NCBI RefSeq assembly: GCF_006345805.1
Contig: NC_043002.1
Location: forward strand, 69,812,001 to 69,876,000
DNA length: 64,000 bases
DNA from: Octopus sinensis
Lineage: Eukaryota
Direction of reading: 5' to 3'
Part shown: piece by piece, positions 13,567-27,429 of the stretch
How the letters are laid out: the number at the start of each line of letters is the position of its first letter
Numbering within the stretch: position 1 is the stretch's first letter
Translations under genes and position numbers: made by a program
Notes under the pieces: model-generated
Told to the model about the DNA's origin: nothing
What the model saw: only the letters and a program-made list of their open reading frames with translations
Databases searched by the model: none

Positions 13567-15673
13567 ATGGCCACTGGTCACCACGAGGCTGAGGTGCAAG
13601 TCAACCGTGACGCAGAGGCAGAGAAAAACAGGATGCTCTGTTACCTTACGCTGAACCTGACAACTCCGCCACCATCAACACGACAACAGCAACAAATACA
13701 AAACAAAGGTCGCAAGGCCAAGCACCGTCAACACCATCAGTGAGTCCCACACCACCACCAACACCGACAACAACACCATGGCAGAATCTGCTACTAAAAC
13801 TGCTATCCCTACTAACGACGTCGCCACCAATAACAATACCAACATCACCATCACCGCCACCAAAGACCGTGCCGTCAATGCTACTAATACTACTAACACC
13901 ACCGCCGTCACCAAGAACGACAATAACAACAACAACACACAACAACAACAACAACGACGACGACGACAACAACAATTCCCTTCAACCACTGCTCACTCCA
14001 TCACCAACAAGCGAAAAAAATAACGACGACAAGCAAACGAAATGCCGAAATTTGCGCTAATGCAGGACTAAATTACGCAGGCAATTTTCACCCCTTGCTA
14101 GTTGCATAATCAGCAACCACAAACCTACAACCCACACCCTGCCATCAACATCAACAGTAACAAATAAACAAAACAACAACAAACTTCGCCGAGGCGATAA
14201 AAGAAAAGGTAACAAAAGTTTCGTTTACTACACAACAGATTAAAGATTGCAGAAACCTTATTACAAATCAAAACGGAAAAATACTCTTACACATACCTCA
14301 GCACATACTGAATGAGGAGAAAAAAAAGACAATTGTATATATAAATCACAAATAAAAAACAAAAAGTCCAGAAAAGGCAAGCACAGACAAAGTCGAAAAG
14401 TGCTTACGCCCCATCTGGGGATACAAGGATTGTGTGACTTGGGCGAACAAGTTCGCACACGTACAGGTGGTTTTTCAGAATGAAGAGTTGGCGAAGAAAT
14501 TCTCAACGATAACCCTTCATTCTGATGAACTAACGTTGACACCGAGTTACCTCGGCCAGAAGGTGACGAAAGTCATTATCAGTGGTGTCCCCCAAGTGAC
14601 TACAACACTGTGGATTACATCCGCCGTAACATCCGAAATGGAGGACATAAACATCCTAGATATCGGTGTTTCGGAAAACAAGGACTGGCTGGGAAAGAGA
14701 ATAGAGTTCCTCTTCCACATAAGTCAAGAGGACATAAATAAAATCCCCACCCACGTACATCTTGAGGATGGCCGCAAGTTATACGTAGTAGTCGAGGGCA
14801 GAAGGCCACGATGCTATACATGTGGCAGTGAGGCACACCTCAAAAAGGAGTGCAAATCTGCCGCAAAATTACAACAACAACAACAGCCACAGGAAAAATC
14901 ACAAAAGCCAGGATTATTGCCCACACCACAATATGGACAGCTAGTCAAGAAGCTGTATGCGGAAATGCAGGAAAAACAACAAAGAACAAACCAACCCAAC
15001 CAAACAACACCAACACCAGCGCCAAGAACAATCATCACCACCAACAACAAATAAACCAATTCCAACACCAAGAATACAACGAAGAAGACAAGCACCAAGG
15101 ATGTAGGAGAGACAATAAACACAACAAACCCCCCAGCAACACCCTCCCCGCGCACCACAAACAATATCTACAACCGCACAAACACACCCAGACGCTTTAC
15201 CCTTGCCCCTGCTGATTCGTCAGACTTTTCATCTACGATGAAAGTTCGACAGAATGGCAAATAGCCACAGGGGGTAAAAGAAAAAGATCAAGAAAAACCC
15301 AAACAAGAAATCGCAACCAAAGCAGGGAGATACCTGAACCCTGAAAAACTCCATACACAACAAAACAAGCACCGACACCACAAAAACAATGCTATCAGCG
15401 ATAGACACAAAGACTCCAAACTAATGGAGTACATCACAGGATACACAAACATTTGTGAAGATGACTTTAAAAATAGCAATCATCCACGCACTACACCACC
15501 CAAACACATCAAAATACTACACATCACACAAACACAACACCACAAACTCAAAGCCCTTTCCAAATGCTGTAGGTAGGGGTTTCCAGAAATATCTGTCCCA
15601 AAAACTATATAGAAACCTCCTCGAAGACACATCAAAGAACGAGGAAGCCAAAACTTTCGACACAAGTAAGTAA
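13567..15673 (+). pseudogene. Tx1 ORF1 (gag-like nucleic-acid-binding protein), frameshifted
   Basis: Thr/Asn-rich N-terminus, RRM-like FAHVQVVFQNEELAK, VEGRRPRCYTCGSEAHLKKEC (CX2CX4HX4C), ends DTSK*. Confidence 0.85.
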
Positions 15674-15723
15674 CTCTCTGTACTTTCATTTGTGTGTTTT
15701 AAAGCACACACCCCAATAGAATC

Positions 15724-18700
15724 ATGGTCAAGATTGGTTGTGTGAATGCGCGTGGCTTGGGGTCTCCTTGGAAACAAGGATACCTCCTAAATGACATCAA
15801 GTCACATGATTTGGGAATCATAGCCATAAGTGAGACCAGACTCCACGAGCCACGGGCCCTAAAGTCCATGTTTGGCGGACAGTTTAACATTTATTTCGCT
15901 CCCTGTCTGCCGAGGATGGGCGGTAGTGGCACCGCGGTACTTTTCACAAGAGCCTGGATCTCGAAGTCAAGACGATATTCGTAGACCCGGAGGGTAGACT
16001 GATCGTTCTGGATGTTGACGGCAGCAATGGGTGCGCTTTTCGACTCGTATCAGTCTACGCACCGCCCTTAACAGGTCGGGCGGATTTCTTTCGACGTCTA
16101 GAAGTATTCTTGGGAACGTCTCGTCCTTTACTCTTAGTGGGGGATTGGAATGCTACCTTGGACACGCATGTAGACTACGTGGGTAGAGACAGAAACAGAA
16201 GGGGATGCAAATGCCTCAGAGACCTGCTCAGACGATTCCAACTGTCTGACAGGTACCGACTCGACCACCCAAATGCACCAACGTGGACATGGAGCAACCG
16301 CAGTGGGTCGTCGATCGGATCGTATCTAGATAGGATACTGTGTAGGACAGTAGACAAGGATAACTTAGGATGTCCACAATTCCACACAGTCAGCTACACG
16401 GATCACAAATTGGTGACGTGTACGCTAGACTTAGATAAGGCACATAGACAGGGTCCTGGGTACTGGAAACTGAACGCATCATTCCCGTCCAGACAAGTTT
16501 TCAGAGACCGGATTAGCACACTAGTAAAGAGGGCTTTGACGGGAGCCATCATCACAACAAATGGTGGTTTGCCATCAAGAGAGCAGTAAAGCAGCAGAAG
16601 CGATTAGGTACAGCAAAGCACTAGCCATAGATAGAAATAGAGTAGAGGGTGAGCTAGTTAAGAAGCTAGAAGAGGCAATTAGAAGCGGCATCGCATCCGA
16701 CGTTTTGGCGGCGAGGTTGGCCCTCGACAAACTTCAACGCCAAACACGAAGGATGTGCTGTCAGAGCTAGGATGCGTGCTCTAAGGAACGAAGGTGTTGG
16801 AGCCGAGAGAGAGAGGCCCGGGGGCAGAGGCGCAACAGGGCAACAAAGCCACCATTCGGTCACTGGTAGATGAACAGGGGCGCGAATTGCTCGAGCCAAG
16901 TAAAATGTGTGAGGCCTTTCAGCAGCATTTTGCCGACTGTTCGGGACGAGTGGAGGGCAAGAACGTAGGGTAGACTTCAGTGCCTACCTACATAGCCTGC
17001 CACGACTCTCGACAAGAAAGGCAGGGTGCTGCGAAGGTGCCATCACGGCGGCGGAAGTGCGAGAAGCGATGGCAGAATGCTCGAGGGACAAATCACCGGG
17101 TTTGGATGGTCTACCCTACGAATTTTACTATTGTATGCCAGACTTGTTGGAGACGTCTTGGCAGCGGTATACTGCAACTGGCAGCAAACGGGAGCATACC
17201 CGGTTTTGTGAGTCGAGGAGCTGTAACTCTGCTGAAGAAAGATCCAAACAAGGGAAACATTATAGATAACTTTAGGCCAATCACTCTGCTCAATGCAGAC
17301 CTGAAAATTTTGACAAAGGTGTTAGCCAAGAGGTGGGCTTGTCATGGAGAAACTGGTCGACAACGCACAAACGTGCGCCGTGCCGGGCCGGAGCATCCAT
17401 GACAACCTCCATCTGATGCGCTACATCATAGACAGGGTAGTTAACGAACCTGGCATGGGTGGGGCCTGATCAACTTGGATCAATCGAAAGCCTTTGATAG
17501 GGTAGACCATCGATACTTGGAGGCAGTCCTGAGAGCGGCTGGTTTCGGTCCCGTCTTCCGCGGCTGGATAGCTGCCTTGTACAGAGGCATCCGCTCGGTA
17601 ATTCGCGTAAATGGACATCTATCGAGACCCTTCGACATTGCACGTTCGGTCCGTCAGGGATGCCCCCTCTCGGCGCTTCTATACGTATTGACTCTTGAGC
17701 CACTACTGCGGAAGCTGGCGACTCTGAGGGGCATCCCGCGAGAATTAGGATGCGGGACGAGCGTGTCTGCATACGCGGACGACGTCACCGTCATAGTGTC
17801 AAGCCACGAGCGAGCACATCGAGCGGGTCGGCGAGACACTGAAGACTACGAAGCGGTGACAGGAGCAAAAATCAACCGGGAAAGTCAGTGGGCTTGCGGC
17901 TCGGCACCTGGAGAAGCAAACCCATGCCGTCCACCAGTACCTCCGTCGTGGGACGCTGGACAGACGGCCCGGTTGAGTTGCTCGGGGTCTGGTTCGGTCC
18001 GGACCTCCAAATGGAGAAGAACTGGAACGAGATAACGAGTAGGGTGGTCACTCTCGCCCAGCAATGGGCCGAGAGGAAACTGTCCCTAAAAGGTCGGGCG
18101 GAGGTGGGTGAACGCGTACATCGCGTCATCCATCATCTACTACCGCCTGACCGTCGTACTTGTCCCGACCCTACCATCACCAAACTAGAACGCATCCTCT
18201 TCCGCTTCTTGTGGAAAGGATGCGTCCCGATGGTCAGGCGATCATTTGCTGTCAACACCCGTTAAAAGGAGGGCTGGGCATGCCGTGGTTGTGATGCGCA
18301 GACACGCGCTGAGACTGCGACATCTCCGGCTCTATGTAGACGACGGTGAACAGGTGTGGTCGCCGTTTGTGAGGCACGCATTCCCGCAACTCGTCTCCAT
18401 GACCGAACTACAGTCGTGGATCAAAAAGAGGCCGAAGAAGGGCGAATGGCACCGCGAGTGTCGCGTTGCTCTCAAGCAACTCTGCCGTCCCGGGTCGACC
18501 TTGAGTGACTTCAACACAACCAAAGCATTCTATAGGGGATTAGTGGAGGGAGGTACGACGACGAGCTCGGGGCAAACTGGGCGTCGACGAGGAATACCTG
18601 ACCGCCTGTTTCAAACGACTTTCGGCCCGGGACCTATGGAAACTTCCAGAGATCCCTGCCTGGCGGTGCTACCGAGAAGCGCTACCCGTTCGGGATAAGC

Positions 18701-19152
18701 TCTATAGGCATGGCTCGAGAAACACGGGGCCGACCTGCCCGAGATGCGGGCAGAGCGACGAAACCGCTCTGCACGCAATCGTGCAGTGTCCAGCAATTTC
18801 CCACTGTGGGCTTATGTCGAACGACTGCTGTCACGTGTGGGACGTGTCGGTTTATCAGCTGAGTCTATCGTTAATATCGTCACGCCTCCTTCCTTCAAAC
18901 GGGAAGGAAGAGCTATTTTTATCATACTTGTGGCTATGGCGAAAGAATGTATCTGTGGACGCGTCTGAAAGGATTAGAGACAAACACTTTCCTCTCTGGT
19001 CAATCTCTCATCAACTTCTTCAAGTATCACTTGAAGAAAAAAGTGAGAGTAGAGAGGCAAGTTTTGTCTAGTGAATGTTTTAAAAAAGATGGGTGAATGT
19101 AGCAAGGATGGCACGTATGAATGACGAAGCCACCTTGACTATGATTCTATGA
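15724..19152 (+). pseudogene. Tx1 ORF2: APE endonuclease + reverse transcriptase + C-terminal Cys motif, many frameshifts
   Basis: VNARGL..ISETRL, GDWNA, YLDRI, DHKLV (APE); KSPGLDGLPYEFY, NFRPITLLNADLK, DQSKAFDRVDH, RQGCPLS, AYADD (RT); CPRC near 18735. Confidence 0.93.
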
Positions 19153-19574
19153 ACCGTAAAATTAATACAGAGAGTTGCTTATTTGCAAAAAAAAAAAAAA
19201 AAAAAAGAAATATAACATGTGACTTCATTGACCGAGGTTACCGTGGTCTTTTCCGTAGGCTTTTCTTTCCACGGGTAAACCTCACCTGTCCCCCCTTTAC
19301 ACTTCATATTGACATTTCTGTGATAACGATCCCTATTGATCAATTTTTTTCCTCTCCCCTTTTTTTTTTAACCCCCCTTTTTTTGTCCTCTTTCTCTCCT
19401 TTACGATCCCTTTGATCGCCCCCCCCCTTTTTATTTTATTTTATTTTATTTTATTTTTCTCTTTTTTTTTTTTTTTTATTTTTTTATTTTTTTTTTTTAA
19501 ACCTTCAAAAGAAAAGCTCTACCTTGTAATTTGTTCTATCTGTGTGCAGCCCTGTGTGGCTAATAAAGAAACAT

Positions 19575-19608
19575 ATCTATCTATCTATCTAATCTATCTA
19601 TCTATCTA

Positions 19609-19645
<37 letters not shown>

Positions 19646-19900
19646 ACTACCTGCCTACCTACCTACCTACCTACCTACCTACCTACCTACCTATCTATAT
19701 CATGGTCAGTAAAAGAAGGATTTCTTCCTGTCCCTCTTTTCCCTCTCTGCCTCCCACTATTTATTTACACCCAAACATACACATATATCCATACACACAC
19801 ACACAAATATATGCAACGTTTAGAAAAAATGCTTATCGCTATTTGCATGTATATCTGCTAAGCGATGCACATGAGTATGTGTTGCTGTACACACACACAT

Positions 19901-19936
<36 letters not shown>

Positions 19937-20265
19937 ACACACAGACACCACACACAAATGCATATTTATATACACACACCCACTTAGACATACTCTCTCG
20001 CACACATACGTACATACATACATATGTGCATACATACATATATATATTTACACACACACATGTACATACATATATATATACATATATATATATCTTTACA
20101 CAAACATACACATGTACATATATACATAAATATATTTACACTCACACACTTACGCACACACATACACACACACACATACCATACACAAATGCATATTTAT
20201 ATGCACACACCCACATAGACATGCACTCTCACACACATACGTATATTGACAAACACAACCTTAAT

Positions 20266-20301
<36 letters not shown>

Positions 20302-20559
20302 CACGCACAAATCCAATGATTACAAAATGCAAAAAACAAACGACATCTTAACATATAAAGGCATAGACTTAACAAGCAGCAGCAGCAGCAGTCGCAGCAG
20401 CAGCAGCAACAACAACAAAAAAGACTGCTAATGTGTTTTTTTTGTTAATTCATTTATTTATGTTATAGGAATTTGTATAGTCTTCAATTTACATTGCGGC
20501 GCACAATATGCGTGGTTGCATATGCACATTTGGAAACCAGCTATGCATAGATGCACCTT

Positions 20560-20605
<46 letters not shown>

Positions 20606-21010
20606 TACGCACGCACGCGCGCATGCAGGCGCTTATACACGCGCACATATCAATATACATTTACACATTCACACACGCGTAGCATTTGCTTAGCTTAGCT
20701 CAATTTTGTATAGCCATCAAACACACACACACACACACACACAATACACACACACACCACACACACACACATACACATAATCTGCATACATGCTTGTCAA
20801 TGAGATTAACATGCTTCATGTACATATACACGCCCTACTTAAATGTAGGAAATCATACGTTTATATATTTACAATTCGTACACACTCACAAATATAGACA
20901 CACGCATATGTATGAATGTATGTATGTATATATATATATATAACAAGATTTTCTGCATCTGTACATACATAATACATAGATGTGTACATATACACACACA
21001 TTCGCGCATA
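19575..21010. repeat. Microsatellite field (ATCT, ACCT, CA, AT, AGC/AAC)
   Basis: Direct inspection. Confidence 0.9.
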
Positions 21011-22046
21011 CATACACACTTATTTTTATATCTTTTTTAAAAATATTTATCTCAGTTTTTTGACTGCGGCCATAGTTGGGCATGACCTTGAAGAATTTTA
21101 GTTGAACAAATCGACCCTAGTACTATTTGTTTTTGTTTTTGTTTTTGTAAAGCCTGGTGATTGGGGGCTGTTTAGTCGAGCTGCTAAGTTACAGGGACGT
21201 AAACACACCAACAACGGTTATCAAGCGATGGTGTTAGTGGTGGGGGTCAAACACTGACATAAAGATGCAAGTTTCATCAGTATATATATCTGAGCCTGTT
21301 GTGCATACATATATTTGATGGGCTTCTTTCAGTTTCCGTCAACTAAATCCACTCGCATGGCTTTGGTCAGCCCGAGGTGCAACGCTCCTTGGACAAGTGT
21401 CTTCTATTATGGACCTGGAGGAAAGTGCTTGGGAAACAAACTTCTTAACCCAGTCACACCCTGCAAGTGTGGATGGTGTGTGTGTGTGTGCGCGCGCGCG
21501 CGCGTGTGTGTGTGAGTGTGTGTGTGTGTGTGACTCAAGAGTCGAAAGGAAGATTTATACTTAGGGCGACACATTTTTAGGCGCTTCCTAGCAATTATTA
21601 TTTAGAGCAATTATTATTTAGAGCAAAAACTTAATTAATCATTTCTTTATTACCAAAGCTTATAAAATGACTTGCTGGCTTTTCACTTTTTCAAAAGTGC
21701 TTAGCATGGCTTCTTGCGTATAGAGGTTAGTATGATATGATTGAAATCAATATTCGATGCTGAGTCGAGCTAAAGATTCCAGACTATCTGGTGACATGTT
21801 TATTTCTGAAATAGTTTTTAAGATGAATTTAAGCTAGGAAAATTTTTGCTTAGGCTATCATTGTAGACGTCGTGAGAAAAACTGGGAGTGATGCGCGAAG
21901 ATAATGAGCGGTGATTTTTCAGTTTGTAGTTGTATATTTCATTGAGTAAAATTACGGTTTAAGTTTAAGTTAAGCCTGGGGTTGTCACAGTGTACGGAAG
22001 TTTTCCCGTTGATTGACCCCTTTTTTTACAAAATTCCTATAGAAAT

Positions 22047-22297
22047 ACTCTCTCTCTCTTTACTTTCTTTTACTTGTTTCAGTCATTTGACTGCGGCCAT
22101 GCTGGAGCACCGCCTTTAGTCGAGCAAATCGACCCCGGGACTTATTCATTGTAAGCCCAGTACTTACTCTATCGGTCTCTTTTGCCGAACCGCTACGTGA
22201 CGGGGACGTAAACACACCAGCATCGGTTGTCAAGCAATGCTAGGGGGACAAACACAGACACACAAATACACACACACACACACACGCACACACACAC

Positions 22298-22393
<96 letters not shown>

Positions 22394-22552
22394 CTTCTTT
22401 CAGTTTCCGTCTACCAAATCCACTCACAAGGCATTGGTCGGCCCGGGGCTATAGCAGAAGACACTTGTCCAAGATGCCACGCAGTGGGACTGAACCCGAA
22501 ACCATGTATGTGGTTGGTTAGCAAGCTACTTACCACACAGCCACTCCTGGCC
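22047..22552 (-). mobile_element. SINE family A, full length
   Basis: Head ...GGAGTGGCTGTGTGGTAAGTAGC, internal (TA)n(TG)n, GTAAAAG-type tail. Confidence 0.9.
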
Positions 22553-22610
22553 TCATTGCCTTAGTTTTAATTAATTTTGAAAATAACTGCCATTATTAAG
22601 CATTGTGTAA

Positions 22611-22805
22611 GGCGGCGAGCTGGCAGAATTGTTAGCAAGTTTACGAAACGTTTACCGGTCTTTCGCTCGTCGCTATGTTCTGAGTTCAAATTCCCCTGTG
22701 GTCGACTTTGCCTTTCATCCGTTCGGAGTCGATACAATAAGTATCAGTGAAACCCCGGAATCGAATCAATCGATTAGCCTATTCCTTCAAAGTTCAGGCC
22801 TCGTG
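22611..22805 (+). mobile_element. SINE family B, diverged
   Basis: AAGGCGGCGAGCTGGCAGAA head and GTCGACTTTGCCTTTCATCC core. Confidence 0.75.
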
Positions 22806-23370
22806 ATAGAATAAGTACTAGGCTTACAAAGAATAAGCTCTGGGGTCGATTTGCTCGGCCAAAGGCGGTGCTCCAGCATGGCCACAGTCAAATGACTGAA
22901 ACAAGTAAGAGAGTAAAAGAGTATTGGAAAATATTTTGACTGCAAAGTGCCTGTCGTTTGTAGAAATTTACAATACTCCTGGTGGCAAAGAACACCCTTT
23001 TGATACCAACCGTCTGAGAGTGCTTTGGTCCCATGATACAAACTTTGTATTATAAAGTGATTTAAGCTGGTTTCCCGAACATCAATTAACAAGAATTAAA
23101 TTTAAATCACTTTATAATAGAAAGTTTGTATCATGGGACCAAAGCACTCTCAGAAGGTTGGTATCAAAAGGGTGTTCTTTGCCACCAGGAGTATTGTAAA
23201 TTTCTACAAACGACAGGCACTTTGCAGTCAAAATATTTTCCAGTACTCTTTTACTCTCTTTACTCTTTTACTTGTTTCAGTCATTTGACTGTGGCCATGC
23301 TGGAGCACCGCCTTTGGCCGAGCAAATCGACCCCAGAGCTTATTCTTTGTAAGCCTAGTACTTATTCTAT
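22806..23370. repeat. Long inverted duplication (arms 22806-23065 and 23102-23370, 36-nt spacer)
   Basis: Arms are reverse complements with only a few mismatches and one ~10-nt indel in the SINE tail. Confidence 0.92.
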
Positions 23371-23469
23371 TGGTCTCTTTTTGCCGAAACGCTAAGTTAC
23401 GGGGACGTAAACACACCAGCATCGGTTGTCAAGCGATGCTGGAGGGACAACCACAGACACACAAACATA

Positions 23470-23519
<50 letters not shown>

Positions 23520-23675
23520 CATATATACGACGGGCTTCTTTCAGTTTCCGTCTACCAAATCCACTCACAAGGCTTTGGTCAGTCCGAGGCTTGCCAAAGG
23601 TGCCACGCAGTGGGAATGAACCCGGAACCATGTGGTTCGTAAGCAACCTACTTACCACACAACCACTCCCACGCC
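23245..23675 (-). mobile_element. SINE family A, full length (its tail lies in the right palindrome arm)
   Basis: Family A head, body and tail. Confidence 0.88.
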
Positions 23676-25009
23676 AATATTCAAAAGTGTTTTCAGAAGA
23701 AACCAAAATTTCAAAAATTTTCTTCACAACTTTTGATCTTGTTTGACAACCAGTGACAGAATCGATAATTGTATAAAATACAGATATTCGAAATAATAGT
23801 TCTACTTGTGTGTCAGGTTCCTTAACTTTGCTTTCATTATCAACAAATTTATTTCGCTTTCTCACATTTGCTTGTAGTTAGTGACATAAAGTAATCTCGT
23901 CGTTTCTGCACATTGTCTGCGAATATGATCCTGTTACCCAGTTTGGTATTAAAGTTGGCTTCTCTTTACTGTTAAACCAGATAGATGACATCAGCGTGAA
24001 GCTTAGAGAACATGTATTTAATTGCTCCTTTTATTTCACTCTTAGTCTGACCTCTGTTCCAAGTTTCAAAACATTCTGTAAGACCAGTTTAATGCAAACT
24101 ATTTCGCACTATCAATTCTGGCCGACCACCGAACAGTTGACATACGAAGCAACGTTTGATAGCTTGAGCATGCCAAAAGAGTTTGTTGCATCAGTTTTTT
24201 CTTGCAAACAACTTGCAGATGCAAGTGCTACCAGTGGAAAGCTCCGCATACGGGATGTTAACAAGTTTATGGTGACACCAGGGGAGAATGCGCGCCGTTT
24301 CAGGGTATACGTTTCGATGACATCATTGCGTACCAACTCCCCTTACAGAAATAAGGCCCCGCTTACTAGATCAACTGGTTATCAGGTTTCGTTCGATATT
24401 CTTCTAGCCATTGTTCATTGTCTCTTTTTAACCAAATCACTCGTGGTGCTATTTGTTTTACGCTGAGTTAGCAAATACCACCAACAGTGTTTTATTTTCT
24501 ATGAAAGCGGAGGAAAGAGAACTACAGCACAGAAAAGTGTAATACAGTACTCGACTATCGCGGTGCTACGTTCCAGACCCACCCATCCCCGCGATAAGTG
24601 AAAATCCGCGAAGTAGAAACAGTACTGGACTGTATTTTTTAAAATTATTTTTATAATTTGTATATATTTATTTTATTATAAATGCAAAACGACACCACGG
24701 AGGAACTGACATAAGCTTAAATAAAAAAAAAACCACAATGTGGTGAGGGATTACTGTAACTGTTTGTGATACGGCAGACAAATGATATGCTTGTAACTTT
24801 TTTTTTCCTTTGGCTCTCTTCATCTGCCCTTCCTAGCTTGTGTTTCGTGTACGGGATCCCAATGAGACAAAACTTCGACCAGCCCCAAAGGTTACCATTA
24901 TGAATATTAGCACTCAGATAAGATCTACCACGGAATGTTAGCTCCCTTTCGTCCAATAATGAAATGGTGTCTGTTAAAAGGTTCAAAATATTGGTTTGAA
25001 ATTTTGGCA

Positions 25010-25747
25010 CAAGGTCAGAAATTTTAAGGGAGAGGGTAAGACGTTTATCTCGACACCAGTGCTCAACTGCTACTTATTTTATCGACTCCGATAGGATAAA
25101 AGGTAAAGTAGACCGCGGCAGAATTTGAACTCCGAACATAAAGACGGACGGAATGTTGATAAGCATCTTAAACGGTGTGCTAACAGTTCTGCCACCTCGC
25201 CGCCTTTAGATGTAAAATATTAGTCACCATTTAGTCTCTTCCGCTGCAGTTTGTTTATGTAGAAAATGTTTCAAGCATTTGTTGAAATGAATTTTTTACT
25301 GTAGCCTCTCTAAATTGCAAAATCTATTTTATGTCGGTGACTTGCCTTATACTCAGGAACTGGCTCATAACTGTCTCTTTCTTTCTTTTTTTCTGTGACA
25401 AACCATCCATTCTTTATCGCTAAGCCCTATTCATTTACTCGGCCCTTTCCAAAGAAGCAACAAAGCAAACAAAATACATCTTATTTCTTGACGCCCAACA
25501 TTAGCTAAATTCTCTCAGAAATTTTACCATTGTCATTCTTGTATTCAAATATTAGCACAAGGCCAGCATGTATAGGAGTTGAGATTAGTTGGGGATAGTC
25601 GATCCTAGTGCTCAACTGGTGCCTCTTCTATCTCGAAAAAGAAAGGCAAAGTCGACCTCAGCGGAATTTGAACTCATAACGTAAAGACTGATAAGATGCC
25701 GCTTAGCATTTTGCCCAGCGTGCTAACGATTCTGCCAGCTCGCTGCC
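25010..25747 (-). mobile_element. Two old SINE-B copies (~25010-25205 and ~25555-25747)
   Basis: Diverged AAAGTCGACC.C.GC.GAATTTGAACTC cores with ...GCCAGCTCG heads. Confidence 0.65.
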
Positions 25748-26104
25748 TATGTTGTATCTAAATATTGCAACTAGAAAACATTGTGTTCTCAACATCTTTG
25801 GGAAATGTTTTGAGCTTGATAACGTAAATGATTGGGCAGAATGTGAAGAGCCGGAAGAGAATCCACTGCTTTAACGATTCTGCCGACCTGGAATTACTAC
25901 GATATCATTCGATCCATTAGAAATAGCAAACGAATTGTCCTCAAATCATATTGTTCAAACTTGTAAAACGGGAACACGTTAGATGATATACTTGATACTA
26001 CACATTAAATTATTTAGTCCAAAATATCCTTAAAATGATGGAATAGTTATCCATAGAATGCTTTAATTCAAAGGTTAGGCTCGCACAGTTTTCCACTCGG
26101 CCTT

Positions 26105-26483
26105 AAGGCCCGAAATTTTGGGAGAGGCGGCGAGTGGATTAAATCGACCCGGTGCGTAACTGGTACTTATTTAATCGACCCCGAAAGGATGAAAGGCAAA
26201 TTCGACCTCGGCGGAATTTGAACTCAGAACGTAGCGGCAGACGAAATACCTATTTCTTTACTATCCACAAGGGACTAAATACAAAGAGGACAAACAAGGA
26301 CAGACGAACGGATTAAGTCGATTATATCGACCCCAGTGCGTAACTAGTACTTATTTAATCGACCCCGAAAGGATGAAAGGCAAAGTCGACCTCGGCGAAA
26401 TTTGAACTCAGAACGTAACTGCAGACGAAATACCGCTAAGCATTTCGCCCGGCGTGCTAACGTTTCTGCCAGTTCGCCGCCTT
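26105..26483 (-). mobile_element. Dimeric SINE B
   Basis: Head, core, Tx1-like tail | GTATTTCGTCTG, core, CCCAAAATTTCGGGCC tail. Junction at ~26250. Confidence 0.85.
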
Positions 26484-26839
26484 ATAGACCCACACAATAT
26501 GTGCCAACTTGAGGCAAAACAAGAAGAACTACAACTGTTTCTAGCATAGACACAAGGTGGCAATTTGGTCGAAATGGGAAAGTCAGTTACATCAGCGCTA
26601 GAATTCGACTGGTACTTCATTTCACCGATGCTGGAAGAGTGAAAAGCAAATTGAACTTTGGTGGAATTTGAACTCGGAATGTAAGAAGGGGAAGTAAGGT
26701 AACTAAATACTACGACATATTTTGTCAGGCGATTTAACTGAGTTTGACCTCCAACGCCCAACTACAACAACTGCAATAATAAAATAATAACCCATTGCAA
26801 CATTTCTGCCTGACATGTCTACGCATACTCTCCCCCTCT

Positions 26840-26891
26840 TTCTGTGTGTACATACATACATATGTATGTGTGTATGTGCGTGTGTGCGCGC

Positions 26892-26941
<50 letters not shown>

Positions 26942-27073
26942 ATTATATATATATATTATATACGTACATATATATGCATACATGCAAACATACATACATA
27001 TATATGTGTATATGTATGTGTATATATATATATATACTTGCATTATATATTTAGATATACATATATATATACA

Positions 27074-27107
<34 letters not shown>

Positions 27108-27368
27108 TATATACAATAAGCGGGACAGAGAGAGAGAGAGAGAGAGGAGAGAAAGTGAGAGAGAGAGGGAGAAAGAGAGAGAGAGAGAGAGAAAGCGAGA
27201 GAGAGGAAGAACGTGAGAGCAGGTTTGGTGCAATATATTTGATTTCAACTGATATGAAAGCAGACAGGAGAAAGAGGAACAAAGAGAGAATGAGACAGAC
27301 AGGGTAAGAAAGAGAGGGAGAGAGGTAGATAGATAGATAGATAGATATATAGATAGCTATATAGAGAG

Positions 27369-27429
<61 letters not shown>

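Larger units (their letters stand above)
13544..19571 (+). mobile_element. Tx1-clade (L1-group) non-LTR retrotransposon, copy A, apparently full length
   Basis: Starts CATTTAGCCATTTT with a 23-nt leader. ORF1 with CCHC knuckle, ORF2 APE+RT, 3' end GCCCTGTGTGGCTAATAAAGAAA followed by (ATCT)n(ACCT)n. Confidence 0.9.
21730..24440 (-). pseudogene. Degenerate hAT-family transposase interrupted by SINEs and a fold-back
   Basis: Minus-strand pieces: P..A.I.PWCHH.L (~24300), STVRWSARIDS (~24125), LMSSIW (~23990), RKRNKFVD..E..FRISVFYTIIDS (~23860-23760), LKNYFR..MSPDSLESLARLSIE (~21800, hATC dimerisation motif). Confidence 0.65.
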
